A DNA stretch of 52,660 nucleotides from NCBI GenBank assembly GCA_964473715.1, contig CAYYQC010000001.1:3953-56612 (forward strand), given 5' to 3'. Positions 1-7,610 of the stretch are shown piece after piece. Under the pieces are notes generated by a model. The model was not told the DNA's origin. It made no database searches and saw only the letters and a list, made by a program, of their open reading frames with translations. The translations under genes were made by a program, and so were the position numbers. Source of the stretch: an uncultured Gammaproteobacteria bacterium (GTDB lineage Bacteria > Patescibacteriota > Patescibacteriia > Magasanikbacterales > UBA922). The stretch's first letter is position 1. Each line of letters starts with the position of its first letter.

Positions 1-313
1 CACCTTTACCACCACCCAGTGGTAAACCAGCCACCGCACATTTCATGGTCATCCAAAATGACAGGGCCTTAACTTCATCTTCAGTCACATTCCAGTGGTA
101 GCGAATACCGCCTTTAAATGGGCCAAGCGCGTCATTATACTGACTGCGGTAGCCAGTGAAGACTTTAATTTCACCACTGTCCATTTTGACTGGAATTGAA
201 ACTGTCAGCAGCCGTTTTGGGGCGGAAAGCTGCGCTTTGTGCGCCGAATCGAGTTTCATCACTGCAGCGGCTTTTTCTAATTGGGTCAGAGCGTTTTCAA
301 ATGGATTATTCAT
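1..313 (-). CDS. gdhA: Glu/Leu/Phe/Val-family (glutamate) dehydrogenase, N-terminal 104 codons; the gene runs off the left window edge
   Basis: Absent from the ORF track because there is no stop inside the window. Hand translation of the minus strand from ATG at 313-311 gives MNNPFENALTQLEKAAAVMKLDS...GPFKGGIRYHWNVTEDEVKALSFWMTMKCAVAGLPLGGGKG, containing the GGIR and GGGKG catalytic-lysine motifs of GDH enzymes. Confidence 0.8.
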   Translation of the reverse strand, partial: MNNPFENALTQLEKAAAVMKLDSAHKAQLSAPKRLLTVSIPVKMDSGEIKVFTGYRSQYNDALGPFKGGIRYHWNVTEDEVKALSFWMTMKCAVAGLPLGGGKG

Positions 314-396
314 ATATTTTTTTATATAAGAATATTGTACTCTCGCCTCAGTAATAGTCAAGGAATACTTTACCTGGTAAAATAAACACAAATACT

Positions 397-627
397 ATGT
401 CAAAAATCTACAAATTCAAAGTCACCCCGCGCAGTCGCACGAATGAAATTTTAGAAACGCAACTTGATGGCGTCATTAAAGTAAAACTCTTAGCCCCACC
501 CGTGGACGGTGCCGCCAACGAAGCCCTGATTGAATTAATTTCTGAAGAATGGGATATTCCCAAAAGTAAAATAAAATTAAAAAGCGGCCACACGAGCCGC
601 TTAAAAACTTTGCTTATTGAAGATTAA
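397..627 (+). CDS. DUF167 / YggU-family small protein
   Basis: 76-aa ORF. The VKLLAPPVDGAANEALIELISEEW core matches the DUF167 pattern. Its 3' end overlaps trxA convergently by 4 nt. Confidence 0.65.
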   Translation: MSKIYKFKVTPRSRTNEILETQLDGVIKVKLLAPPVDGAANEALIELISEEWDIPKSKIKLKSGHTSRLKTLLIED

Positions 628-947
628 AGATGTTTTTCCACACCCGCTTTTAATTTTTCTTTAGGCATACCACCAACCAATGTTTCCACAGCTTGACCAT
701 TTTTGAAAAGAATAAAAGTAGGAATACTCATCACACGATAATTGCCAGGGATAGTAGCATTATCGTCAACATTCATTTTGGCTACTTTAATTTTACTTGC
801 ATCCCATTCACCGGCCAATTCATCAAGCAAAGGCCCCATAATTTGGCAAGGTCCACACCAAGGAGCCCAAAAATCTACGAGTACTGGCACAGTTGATTCC
901 AAAACTTCTTTTTGAAAATTGGCGTCGGTTACAATAATTTCTTCCAT
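624..947 (-). CDS. trxA: thioredoxin
   Basis: 107 aa with the WCGPC active site and typical length and fold pattern (VLVDFWAPWCGPCQ...MSIPTFILFKNG). Confidence 0.93.
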   Translation of the reverse strand: MEEIIVTDANFQKEVLESTVPVLVDFWAPWCGPCQIMGPLLDELAGEWDASKIKVAKMNVDDNATIPGNYRVMSIPTFILFKNGQAVETLVGGMPKEKLKAGVEKHL

Positions 948-958
948 ATAATTTCAAA

Positions 959-2983
959 TTAAAATACAATTTTTCTAACTTTAATTTCTTCGTGGAAAAT
1001 TTCCAATTTATCTCCAACCTCAATTTTTTCTTTAGTTGAAATTTGTACACCACATTCAGTCCCTTCAAACGCGTCTTTAACTTCTTGTTGACCAATCTTT
1101 ACCGCAACAACCGTACCAGTAGCAATCATGAGACCTTCGCGTTTAATACGAACAGTTTCATTTTTTTGTACCTTACCATTAGTAACCACACCACCCACAA
1201 TTGCCGAAGTTTTTTCTTTGCGGAAAATTGCAAGCACGTTCATAGTACCAAGTTCAGTGATAATATGTTCTTTTTCCAACATTTTTTCCAATTCCGCTTT
1301 TACCCAGTTAATCAAATCGTAAATTACCGTATAATTAGTAAAGGTCAAATTTTTATCACGAATCATTTGCTGCGCCATTGGTGTAGGACGCACGTTAAAT
1401 CCTACAATAACGGCATTGGCAGTTTCAGCTTTGGTAACATCATTTTCTGTAATATTACCAAGGCCTTTACCAATAATATGCACAGCCACTTCTTCATGAA
1501 TAATTTTGGCCAATGAAGCAATAATCGCTTCCAATGAACCAAGCACATCAGATTTAATCACCAAATTCAAAGTCTTTTTAGCATGTTCTTCATCCATGGT
1601 TTGACCCTCACTAATACTTGTACGCTCAGCACCAGTCTGTTCAGAACGTTTTTGTTTTACATCAATTTCTGTCGCTATATCAGCCTTACTTACATCTAAC
1701 ACGTCACCAACTTCTGGCGCAACTTTGAAACCAATAATTTGTACCGGGGTAGATGGCGTGGCTTCGGTAATAGTTTCACCACGATAATTTTTCATGGCGC
1801 GAACTTTTCCGTAAATTTCATTATTTACCACCAACTTGTCGCCATTGTGTAAAGTACCTGATTGAACCAAAACCGTAGCCACTGGACCCATGCCCTTATG
1901 CACGTTGGATTCAATAATGGTTCCAACGGCAGCTTGAGTTGGGTCAGCTTTAATTTTGTCTTCATTTACATCAGCCACCAAAAGCAAAACATCAAGCAAT
2001 TTATCAATGTTAACATTATTTTTCGCAGAAATTCCTACCACTGGCACATCTCCGCCCCACTCTTCAGGAATAATATTACGTTGCGCCAAATCATTTTTTA
2101 CGCGATCAAGATCAGCCGCTTCTTTATCAATTTTATTGATGGCCACAACAAATGGCAATTTGGCCGCGCGAATAATATTAATCGCTTCATCAGTTTGTGG
2201 TTTTACACTATCATCAGCCGCTACTACCAAAATCGCAATATCTGCTACTTTGGCACCACGACTACGCATCATAGAAAACGCTTCATGGCCCGGAGTATCA
2301 ATAAAAGAAATCGCGCGTTCAACTTTTGTTTTTGGATCTTTCCATACAGTTTGGTACGCACCAATATGCTGCGTAATACCACCAGCTTCTTTGGCCATGA
2401 TATTAGTGGAACGAATAGTATCGAGTAATTTTGTTTTACCGTGGTCAACGTGTCCCATCACGACTACCACTGGCGGACGAGTGGTACCAACACCACGAGA
2501 CAAAGCTTCTTCCAAATCTTGTACACGTGAAGCTTCTTTATCAATATCTTCTTGTTTAGCTGAACCGTCTTCGCGCATTACTCCAAAACCAAGTTCTTCA
2601 GCAATAATACTGGCAGTGTCAAAATCAATATTCTGATTTTGATTAGCCAAAATACCATTTTTCATCAGTTCCATGATTACCTGTGTAGTTGGTAAATTCA
2701 TGCGCTCAGCAAAATCACGAACCGTAATCAAGTTTGGCAAAATTACGCTTTGACCAGATTCTTTACGAAGCGCGCGTTCTTTTTTCTTAGCCTCTTCTTG
2801 TTCTTTGCGTTTTTTTTCTTCTAAATCACGGCGAATAAAACGCCATTTACGCGTAATTTGTTCAGCTACACGGTCATCGATTTTTACAGCTTTTAAACCA
2901 ACATCAAAACCATATACTGGCAAAATCTCCAATAAATCTTTGGTATTGATCTTAAGTTGACGGGCTAGTTCTGATACATTCAT
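959..2983 (-). CDS. infB: translation initiation factor IF-2
   Basis: 674 aa. GTPase motifs GHVDHGKT, DTPGH and NKID, a Lys/Glu-rich N-terminal region, and a C-terminal IF-2 domain pattern. Confidence 0.96.
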   Translation of the reverse strand: MNVSELARQLKINTKDLLEILPVYGFDVGLKAVKIDDRVAEQITRKWRFIRRDLEEKKRKEQEEAKKKERALRKESGQSVILPNLITVRDFAERMNLPTTQVIMELMKNGILANQNQNIDFDTASIIAEELGFGVMREDGSAKQEDIDKEASRVQDLEEALSRGVGTTRPPVVVVMGHVDHGKTKLLDTIRSTNIMAKEAGGITQHIGAYQTVWKDPKTKVERAISFIDTPGHEAFSMMRSRGAKVADIAILVVAADDSVKPQTDEAINIIRAAKLPFVVAINKIDKEAADLDRVKNDLAQRNIIPEEWGGDVPVVGISAKNNVNIDKLLDVLLLVADVNEDKIKADPTQAAVGTIIESNVHKGMGPVATVLVQSGTLHNGDKLVVNNEIYGKVRAMKNYRGETITEATPSTPVQIIGFKVAPEVGDVLDVSKADIATEIDVKQKRSEQTGAERTSISEGQTMDEEHAKKTLNLVIKSDVLGSLEAIIASLAKIIHEEVAVHIIGKGLGNITENDVTKAETANAVIVGFNVRPTPMAQQMIRDKNLTFTNYTVIYDLINWVKAELEKMLEKEHIITELGTMNVLAIFRKEKTSAIVGGVVTNGKVQKNETVRIKREGLMIATGTVVAVKIGQQEVKDAFEGTECGVQISTKEKIEVGDKLEIFHEEIKVRKIVF

Positions 2984-3040
2984 AGTGAGCGTCAGTATAC
3001 GGGATTAGAAGAGATTAGTCAATTATACTCTTTAAATAAG

Positions 3041-3064
3041 AAAAACCCCAAACCTGGGGCTTTT
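3041..3064 (-). terminator. intrinsic terminator downstream of ppa
   Basis: The minus strand reads GCCCCAGGTTTGGGGTTTTT: a CCCCA/TGGGG stem followed by a T-run, 17 nt after the ppa stop. Confidence 0.6.
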
Positions 3065-3080
3065 CCACTAAAAATGGTCT

Positions 3081-3611
3081 TTATTTAGCAAATTTAGCGC
3101 GGTACAATTCTTGAGAATGGACCACGGCAGCCTTGGCTTCAGCTGCGTCTTTGAAACCAGACACTGTCACCACTTTTTCTTGGATTGACTTGTATGTTTC
3201 AAAGAAATGCTTAATGACTTTCAAAGTATGTGCGTTAACGTCAGCCAAATCCTTGACATCTTTCCAGCGTGGGTCACTAACAGGAACTGCGATAATTTTA
3301 TCATCACCTTCTCCGCTATCTACCATATTCATAATTGCCACCGGACGAACGTTCACTAAAACTCCCATCGGCAAAGGTTCTGTAGTGAGAACAATCACAT
3401 CTAGTGCATCACCATCTTCCCACAAAGTCTGGGGAACAAAACCATAATCAAATGGATAAGTTTGGCCAGTATGCATGACACGATCTAGAGCAATCAAACC
3501 AGTTTCTTTGTCAATTTCGTATTTATTCAAAGAATTCCGAGGAATTTCAATAATAGTATTAATTTCGTCTGGAGCATTTTTGCCCGCAGTTACATCATGC
3601 CAAAGGTTCAT
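3081..3611 (-). CDS. ppa: inorganic pyrophosphatase (family I)
   Basis: 176 aa with YPFDYGFVPQT, DGDALDVIVL and DDKIIAV motifs typical of soluble family I PPases. Confidence 0.94.
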   Translation of the reverse strand: MNLWHDVTAGKNAPDEINTIIEIPRNSLNKYEIDKETGLIALDRVMHTGQTYPFDYGFVPQTLWEDGDALDVIVLTTEPLPMGVLVNVRPVAIMNMVDSGEGDDKIIAVPVSDPRWKDVKDLADVNAHTLKVIKHFFETYKSIQEKVVTVSGFKDAAEAKAAVVHSQELYRAKFAK

Positions 3612-3672
3612 AAACTTTATATAAAATAAGGTAATGTCCTAAAATTATCAGGTTTTGACGGAAAATGCAAGC

Positions 3673-4545
3673 TTATTTTTTTCGCCCCAAAATCACATAC
3701 CCTTGTGATTCTACAAATCGACCAAGCGTATACATTTCCACAAAAGAATAAAATTCTGCCGCAGCTAAAGAAAATGGCTTGGTTTTTTCTTTTACCCAAA
3801 AAAGAATTGAATTAAAAAACCGCAAAATTGGAAAACGAGGTTTAGCTTTTTGCAAAGCAGAATGCAGTTCATCAGGGTGAACTAAAAACTTGGCCCAAAC
3901 CGCCGAATACATATGATCAACGGTAAATCCTGCCCCAATTAATAATTCGCGTAAACCAGCTTTGGAAAATAAAGAAATATGAAATTCAGCGTGAGGATCA
4001 GTATTAAGTCCGCACTTCAGTAAATAATTGCGCAAATACGCGTGTTTACCTAATTGGGATTCACTAAACATCACCAACCGTCCACCGGGTTTTAACACGC
4101 GGTGCAATTCACGCAACCAAGCTGGCACATTTTCCACATGCCCCAACACATCGGAAGTATGAATAACATCGAAATAATTATCATCAAACGGAATATTTAT
4201 GCCATCATAAATCCTGGCACTAGCCTCAACCCCATATTCTTCAAACCGACTATTGGCAATATCCACTTCTAGTTGTACCACATCCAAACCCACTGCTTTG
4301 CCAATTTTAGGAAATAATTTTTTCATTTCAATCAAAGCGGCACCCGTGCCTGCCCCTACATCCAAAACCCGAGCTCGCTCTGGTAGACCTTTTTTCATGT
4401 ACTGATAAAGTGCAAACTTTTTTGGATAAAACAAAAGCTTGACCCAAGATTTTACTCCCGGCTCAATTACGGCTGGCCTAGCATCCCAGACCTCAGCCCC
4501 TTCACTATCGCGTATTCCCCACCCTTTGGTTTGGCTATTTTCCAT
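3673..4545 (-). CDS. class I SAM-dependent methyltransferase
   Basis: 290 aa. SAM motif I VLDVGAGTGA, followed by LKPGGRLVM (post-motif II/III pattern). Confidence 0.8.
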   Translation of the reverse strand: MENSQTKGWGIRDSEGAEVWDARPAVIEPGVKSWVKLLFYPKKFALYQYMKKGLPERARVLDVGAGTGAALIEMKKLFPKIGKAVGLDVVQLEVDIANSRFEEYGVEASARIYDGINIPFDDNYFDVIHTSDVLGHVENVPAWLRELHRVLKPGGRLVMFSESQLGKHAYLRNYLLKCGLNTDPHAEFHISLFSKAGLRELLIGAGFTVDHMYSAVWAKFLVHPDELHSALQKAKPRFPILRFFNSILFWVKEKTKPFSLAAAEFYSFVEMYTLGRFVESQGYVILGRKK

Positions 4546-4558
4546 GTGATTTGATTGA

Positions 4559-4587
4559 TTGACATTTTTTTACTTTTCTAGTATACT
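4559..4587 (+). promoter_or_regulatory. sigma70-type promoter (TTGACA-N17-TATACT) about 165 nt upstream of rny
   Basis: TTGACA at 4559-4564, a 17-nt spacer, then TATACT at 4582-4587, read directly from the sequence. Confidence 0.5.
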
Positions 4588-4710
4588 CTAATTGTAAATA
4601 TTTTAAATCATTGGCAGATTTTTCTGGTGACGGATAGCCAACGAATGATAGATTTTGGCTGAAATATGCGATTTTCTCTGATTGAACTTCAATCGCTTCC
4701 AATCTCCTTC

Positions 4711-4739
4711 TCCTCTTCAAAATAAAGAGGAAATTTTCT
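4711..4739 (+). promoter_or_regulatory. hairpin plus U-run inside the rny leader (possible attenuator or end of a small RNA)
   Basis: TCCTCTT (4711-4717) / AAGAGGA (4725-4731) 7-bp stem with loop CAAAATA, followed by AATTTTCTC. Confidence 0.35.
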
Positions 4740-4752
4740 CGTTGTCTAATCT

Positions 4753-6309
4753 TTGTCCCAGAAACTGCCCTATTCTGGTTTTATGTCTATTGTATTAATC
4801 CTCAGTCTCCTCTTGGGTGGAGCACTGGTTGGTGTGTTAATTGGCTACTTAGTACGCCAACAAATCGCCCAATCAAAAGCCAATTCAGCTGAAGTACGCG
4901 CTGAAAAAATCGTGGCCGAAGCTAAAAATCAAGAACAAGAACTCTTGCTTCAGGCCAAAGAAAAAGCCATCAAAATTATTGATGATGCTAAAAAAGAGGA
5001 AGATGAACGCCGTCAAGAACTCAAGCAAATTCAAACCCGTCTTGAACAACGGGAGACTTTGTATGATCAAAAATTGTTAGGTTTTGAAGAAAATAAAACC
5101 AAATTAGAACAAAAAGTGGAAGAAGTTAAATTGATCAAAGTAAAAGTAGAGGAGATCAAAGAAGCTGCTGGCAAAAAATTAGAGGCTATTTCTGGTTACA
5201 GTAAAGAGCAAGCCATGGAAGAAATCTTTAAAAAAGTGGAAACTGAAAGCCGCGGTGATTTATTCACTCGCATTAGTAAGCTTGAAAAAGATAATGGTGA
5301 ACAATTTGATAATGAAGCCAAACGCATTGTCATTGATGCCATGCAACGCTGTGCTTGCAATCATGCCAATGAAAACACTGGTACGATTGTTAACTTACCA
5401 AGTGATGAAATGAAGGGTCGGATTATTGGTAAAGATGGTCGCAATATCAAAACTATTGAAAAACTCACTGGTTGCGAAATTTTAATTGATGACACACCAG
5501 GCATGATTGTAGTCTCTGGTTTTTCACTCATCCGCCGTCGCGTTGCCCAATTGGCCATTGAAAAATTAATTAAAGATGGTCGCATTCAACCAGCTAAAAT
5601 TGAAGAATACGTGGAAATGGCTAAAAAAGAATTGGCTTTGGACATTAAAAAAGCTGGTGATGAAGCCGTGTATGAACTTGGTATTCCAGGCTTAGATCCA
5701 AAACTTATTTCGATTGTTGGTCGCCTTAAATACCGCACTTCATATGGTCAAAATGTTTTGAACCATTGTACCGAAGTTGGATTCTTGGCAGGCATGATTG
5801 CTGAAGAACTTGGTTTTGATCGCGCGGCGGCTCGAAAGGCTGGTTTCTTTCATGATATTGGTAAATCTATTGACCACGAAACTCAAGGGGCTCACACCGA
5901 ACTTGGGTATAAAATTCTCAAAAAATTTGGTCTTGATGAAGATACTGCCCAAGTAGCCATGACTCACCATGACACAAATCCTCCATTGTTACTCACCAAA
6001 ATTGTCATGGCCGCTGATGCTATCTCTGCTTCACGCATTGGTGCTCGTCGCGATACTCATGAAGAATATATTGCACGTTTGGAAGAATTGGAAAAAGTTG
6101 CTACCGATTTCCCTGGCGTAGATAAAGTATATGCCATTCAAGCTGGTCGTGAAGTGCGAGTATTTGTTCGTCCTGATCAAGTAGATGATTATGGCGCATA
6201 CAATTTAGCCAAAGATATTGCACGTAAAATTGAACAAGAACTTACCTATCCTGGTGAAATTAAAGTTAATGTCATTCGCGAAAATCGGGTGATTGAATAC
6301 GCCAAATAA
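4753..6309 (+). CDS. rny: ribonuclease Y
   Basis: N-terminal TM helix (IVLILSLLLGGALVGVLIGYL), a Lys/Glu-rich coiled coil, a KH domain (GRIIGKDGRNIKTIEKLTG) and an HD domain (FFHDIGK). The track start at 4753 is TTG. The ATG at 4783 (MSIVLIL...) is an equally plausible start, and neither has a clear SD. Confidence 0.92.
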   Translation: MSQKLPYSGFMSIVLILSLLLGGALVGVLIGYLVRQQIAQSKANSAEVRAEKIVAEAKNQEQELLLQAKEKAIKIIDDAKKEEDERRQELKQIQTRLEQRETLYDQKLLGFEENKTKLEQKVEEVKLIKVKVEEIKEAAGKKLEAISGYSKEQAMEEIFKKVETESRGDLFTRISKLEKDNGEQFDNEAKRIVIDAMQRCACNHANENTGTIVNLPSDEMKGRIIGKDGRNIKTIEKLTGCEILIDDTPGMIVVSGFSLIRRRVAQLAIEKLIKDGRIQPAKIEEYVEMAKKELALDIKKAGDEAVYELGIPGLDPKLISIVGRLKYRTSYGQNVLNHCTEVGFLAGMIAEELGFDRAAARKAGFFHDIGKSIDHETQGAHTELGYKILKKFGLDEDTAQVAMTHHDTNPPLLLTKIVMAADAISASRIGARRDTHEEYIARLEELEKVATDFPGVDKVYAIQAGREVRVFVRPDQVDDYGAYNLAKDIARKIEQELTYPGEIKVNVIRENRVIEYAK

Positions 6310-6317
6310 AGGCTCTA

Positions 6318-6346
6318 TTGACACAAAATTCGATTAGTTGTATAAT
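6318..6346 (+). promoter_or_regulatory. consensus sigma70 promoter of hup (TTGACA-N17-TATAAT)
   Basis: TTGACA at 6318-6323, a 17-nt spacer, then TATAAT at 6341-6346. Confidence 0.65.
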
Positions 6347-6379
6347 CGAGTTGAACTTACTTACGTATCTCAAAGTGTT

Positions 6380-6664
6380 ATGAATAAAGCCTTGCTCGCC
6401 GAACAAATTGCCAACAAAGTGGGAGTTTCTAAAAAAGAATCAGAAGCCATGCTTGAAGCATTTGTAGAAATTGTAATTACTGAACTTAAAGCCAATAATG
6501 AAGTGACAATTTCTGGTTTTGGTGCCTTCAGTGCCAAAACTCGGGCTGGTCGCGTGGGTGTAAATCCACAAAAGCCAACTGAAAAGATTCAAATTCCACC
6601 AGTGACTGTGCCAAAGTTTAAAGCAGGCAAAAGCTTAAAAGACGCACTAAAAAATAAAGCTTAA
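6380..6664 (+). CDS. hup: HU-family DNA-binding protein
   Basis: MNKALLAEQIANKVGVSKKESEAMLEAF...GFGAFSAKTRAGRVGVNPQKPTEKIQIPPVTVPKFKAGKSLKDAL is a canonical HU/IHF fold sequence. The start was moved from the track TTG (6338) to the ATG at 6380, which lies downstream of the promoter. Confidence 0.92.
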   Translation: MNKALLAEQIANKVGVSKKESEAMLEAFVEIVITELKANNEVTISGFGAFSAKTRAGRVGVNPQKPTEKIQIPPVTVPKFKAGKSLKDALKNKA

Positions 6665-6680
6665 TCTCAAAATAATTTAA

Positions 6681-6713
6681 AAAATCCTCGATCTGGTCGG
6701 GGATTTTTTATTT
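6681..6713. terminator. bidirectional intrinsic terminator between hup (+) and the GC-rich ORF (-)
   Basis: AAAATCCTCGA / TCGGGGATTTT stem (one G-U pair), loop TCTGG, with A-run and T-run flanks on both sides. Confidence 0.65.
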
Positions 6714-6720
6714 GAAGATC

Positions 6721-6732
6721 TTTTACCACCAA
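6721..6732 (+). repeat. 12-nt direct repeat TTTTACCACCAA, left copy
   Basis: An exact copy of the 12-mer at 7476-7487. Together they bracket the GC-rich ORF plus tRNA(CAT). Confidence 0.5.
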
Positions 6733-6814
6733 AGATTGATGATCAAAGATGTTCCCTCCTGCTGCTGTGGCGAAGTGGAAACATCCAGCCTAGGCATGAA
6801 GCCCAGGACTGAAG

Positions 6815-7204
6815 TCACTTCGGAACGGCCGTACCGTCGGGTTTGACCCAGAAGCGGTACATGCCGTCGTTGCCCTTGAGTTCGTAACCATTTACGAACA
6901 CTGTGCTGCCAGCTGGCAGGTCAGTGTTGCGCAGGTTAAGTGCGAACTCTTGGTTGTGTGTCAGATACGCCTCGCCAGTGAGCTTATGGTTGCCTTCCTG
7001 CACAATCTTCACAGGCTGGCCGCCCCCAACAATGACCACCCACATGGCACCACGGTCGACCCGTGGCATGTAGATGGTGATCGACACCTTCGCTGTAGCC
7101 TTGATGAGCATGTCTGGACCTTGGGTCTGAAACCCGAGATCCGAAAAGCTCGTGAACAGGGCCAAAATGGCCCCGAAGAACAGGGAAATTTTCCAGTGAG
7201 CCAT
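6815..7204 (-). CDS. small secreted protein of unknown function, on a GC-rich island
   Basis: Start taken at ATG 7204, preceded by GGAG at about 8-nt spacing (the track M at 7237 is further upstream). Signal-peptide-like N-terminus MAHWKISLFFGAILALFTSFS. Codons are GC3-rich, unlike the neighbouring genes. No family recognised. Confidence 0.6.
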   Translation of the reverse strand: MAHWKISLFFGAILALFTSFSDLGFQTQGPDMLIKATAKVSITIYMPRVDRGAMWVVIVGGGQPVKIVQEGNHKLTGEAYLTHNQEFALNLRNTDLPAGSTVFVNGYELKGNDGMYRFWVKPDGTAVPK

Positions 7205-7311
7205 CTTAGATTCTCCGGAAACACGTGCAGACCGCACGACAGGGATGGTTGATAGTCCCTGTCCTTATACCTGGAATTTCCAGACATGGGGACAAGGCCA
7301 ATAAACAGAGC

Positions 7312-7340
7312 TTTATACATTGAGCCACCTCTTTTGTCAA
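7312..7340 (-). promoter_or_regulatory. sigma70-type promoter (TTGACA-N17-TATAAA) for the GC-rich ORF
   Basis: The minus strand has TTGACA (plus-strand 7335-7340), a 17-nt spacer, then TATAAA (plus-strand 7312-7317). This leaves a leader of roughly 100 nt. Confidence 0.45.
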
Positions 7341-7361
7341 TATTCAAACCTAAATTTTTAT

Positions 7362-7393
7362 AAAAAAATAGACTGAAAACCAGTCTATTTTTT
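7362..7393. terminator. bidirectional terminator hairpin 3' of the tRNA pair
   Basis: TAGACTG (7369-7375) / CAGTCTA (7381-7387), loop AAAAC, flanked by an A-run and a T-run. Confidence 0.7.
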
Positions 7394-7394
7394 G

Positions 7395-7468
7395 TGTCAG
7401 GAGGCAGAGTCGAACTGCCGACCTGAGGGTTATGAATCCTCCGCTCTTACCAACTGAGCTACCCTGAC
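7395..7468 (-). tRNA. tRNA with CAT anticodon (elongator Met or lysidine-modified Ile2; not initiator)
   Basis: Hand-folded cloverleaf: GTCAGGG acceptor paired with TCCTGAC, D arm GCTC/GAGC, anticodon loop TTCATAA, T arm GGCAG-TTCGACT-CTGCC, discriminator A. It has G1-C72 and lacks the three G-C pairs of initiators. There is an A31-C39 mismatch and no encoded CCA. Confidence 0.85.
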
Positions 7469-7475
7469 CTGGGAT

Positions 7476-7487
7476 TTTTACCACCAA
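7476..7487 (+). repeat. 12-nt direct repeat TTTTACCACCAA, right copy (in the spacer between the two tRNAs)
   Basis: An exact copy of 6721-6732. Confidence 0.5.
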
Positions 7488-7490
7488 TCG

Positions 7491-7562
7491 TAGCGCCAAG
7501 GGGAATTGAACCCCTGTTTGGTGGATGAGAACCACCTGTCCTAGCCACTAGACGATGGCGCC
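7491..7562 (-). tRNA. tRNA-Glu (CTC)
   Basis: Hand-folded 72-nt cloverleaf GGCGCCA-TC-GTCT-AGTGGCTA-GGAC-A-GGTGG-TTCTCAT-CCACC-AAAC-AGGGG-TTCAATT-CCCCT-TGGCGCT-A. The 4-nt variable loop and D arm are typical of tRNA-Glu. It has a G1-U72 pair and no encoded CCA. Confidence 0.87.
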
Positions 7563-7610
7563 ATAGTAATCGGGAAAAGTATAATAAAAATAGCTATAAA
7601 AGTCAACTAT

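Noticed and set aside
1043-2636. Plus-strand ORFs inside infB (1043-1516, 1862-2428, 1956-2636) and similar antisense ORFs inside other large genes
   Set aside because: They are antisense to strongly recognisable genes, have low-complexity translations, and lack a promoter or RBS context.
4535-4720. 61-aa minus-strand ORF in the methyltransferase/rny intergenic region
   Set aside because: It overlaps the methyltransferase start and the rny-side promoter. The translation is Lys/Arg-rich with no recognisable features.
6950-7347. Track ORFs 6950-7252 (+) and 7009-7347 (-) overlapping the GC-rich island
   Set aside because: They are alternative-frame or antisense shadows of the 6815-7204 gene, which is typical in GC-rich DNA. 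Their translations are Arg/Pro/Ser/Cys-rich with no signal peptide or RBS, and the 7009-7347 ORF would run through the promoter and leader.
7350-7535. 61-aa minus-strand ORF from the track
   Set aside because: It is made almost entirely of the two tRNA genes and the terminator hairpin. The tRNA cloverleaves explain the sequence.
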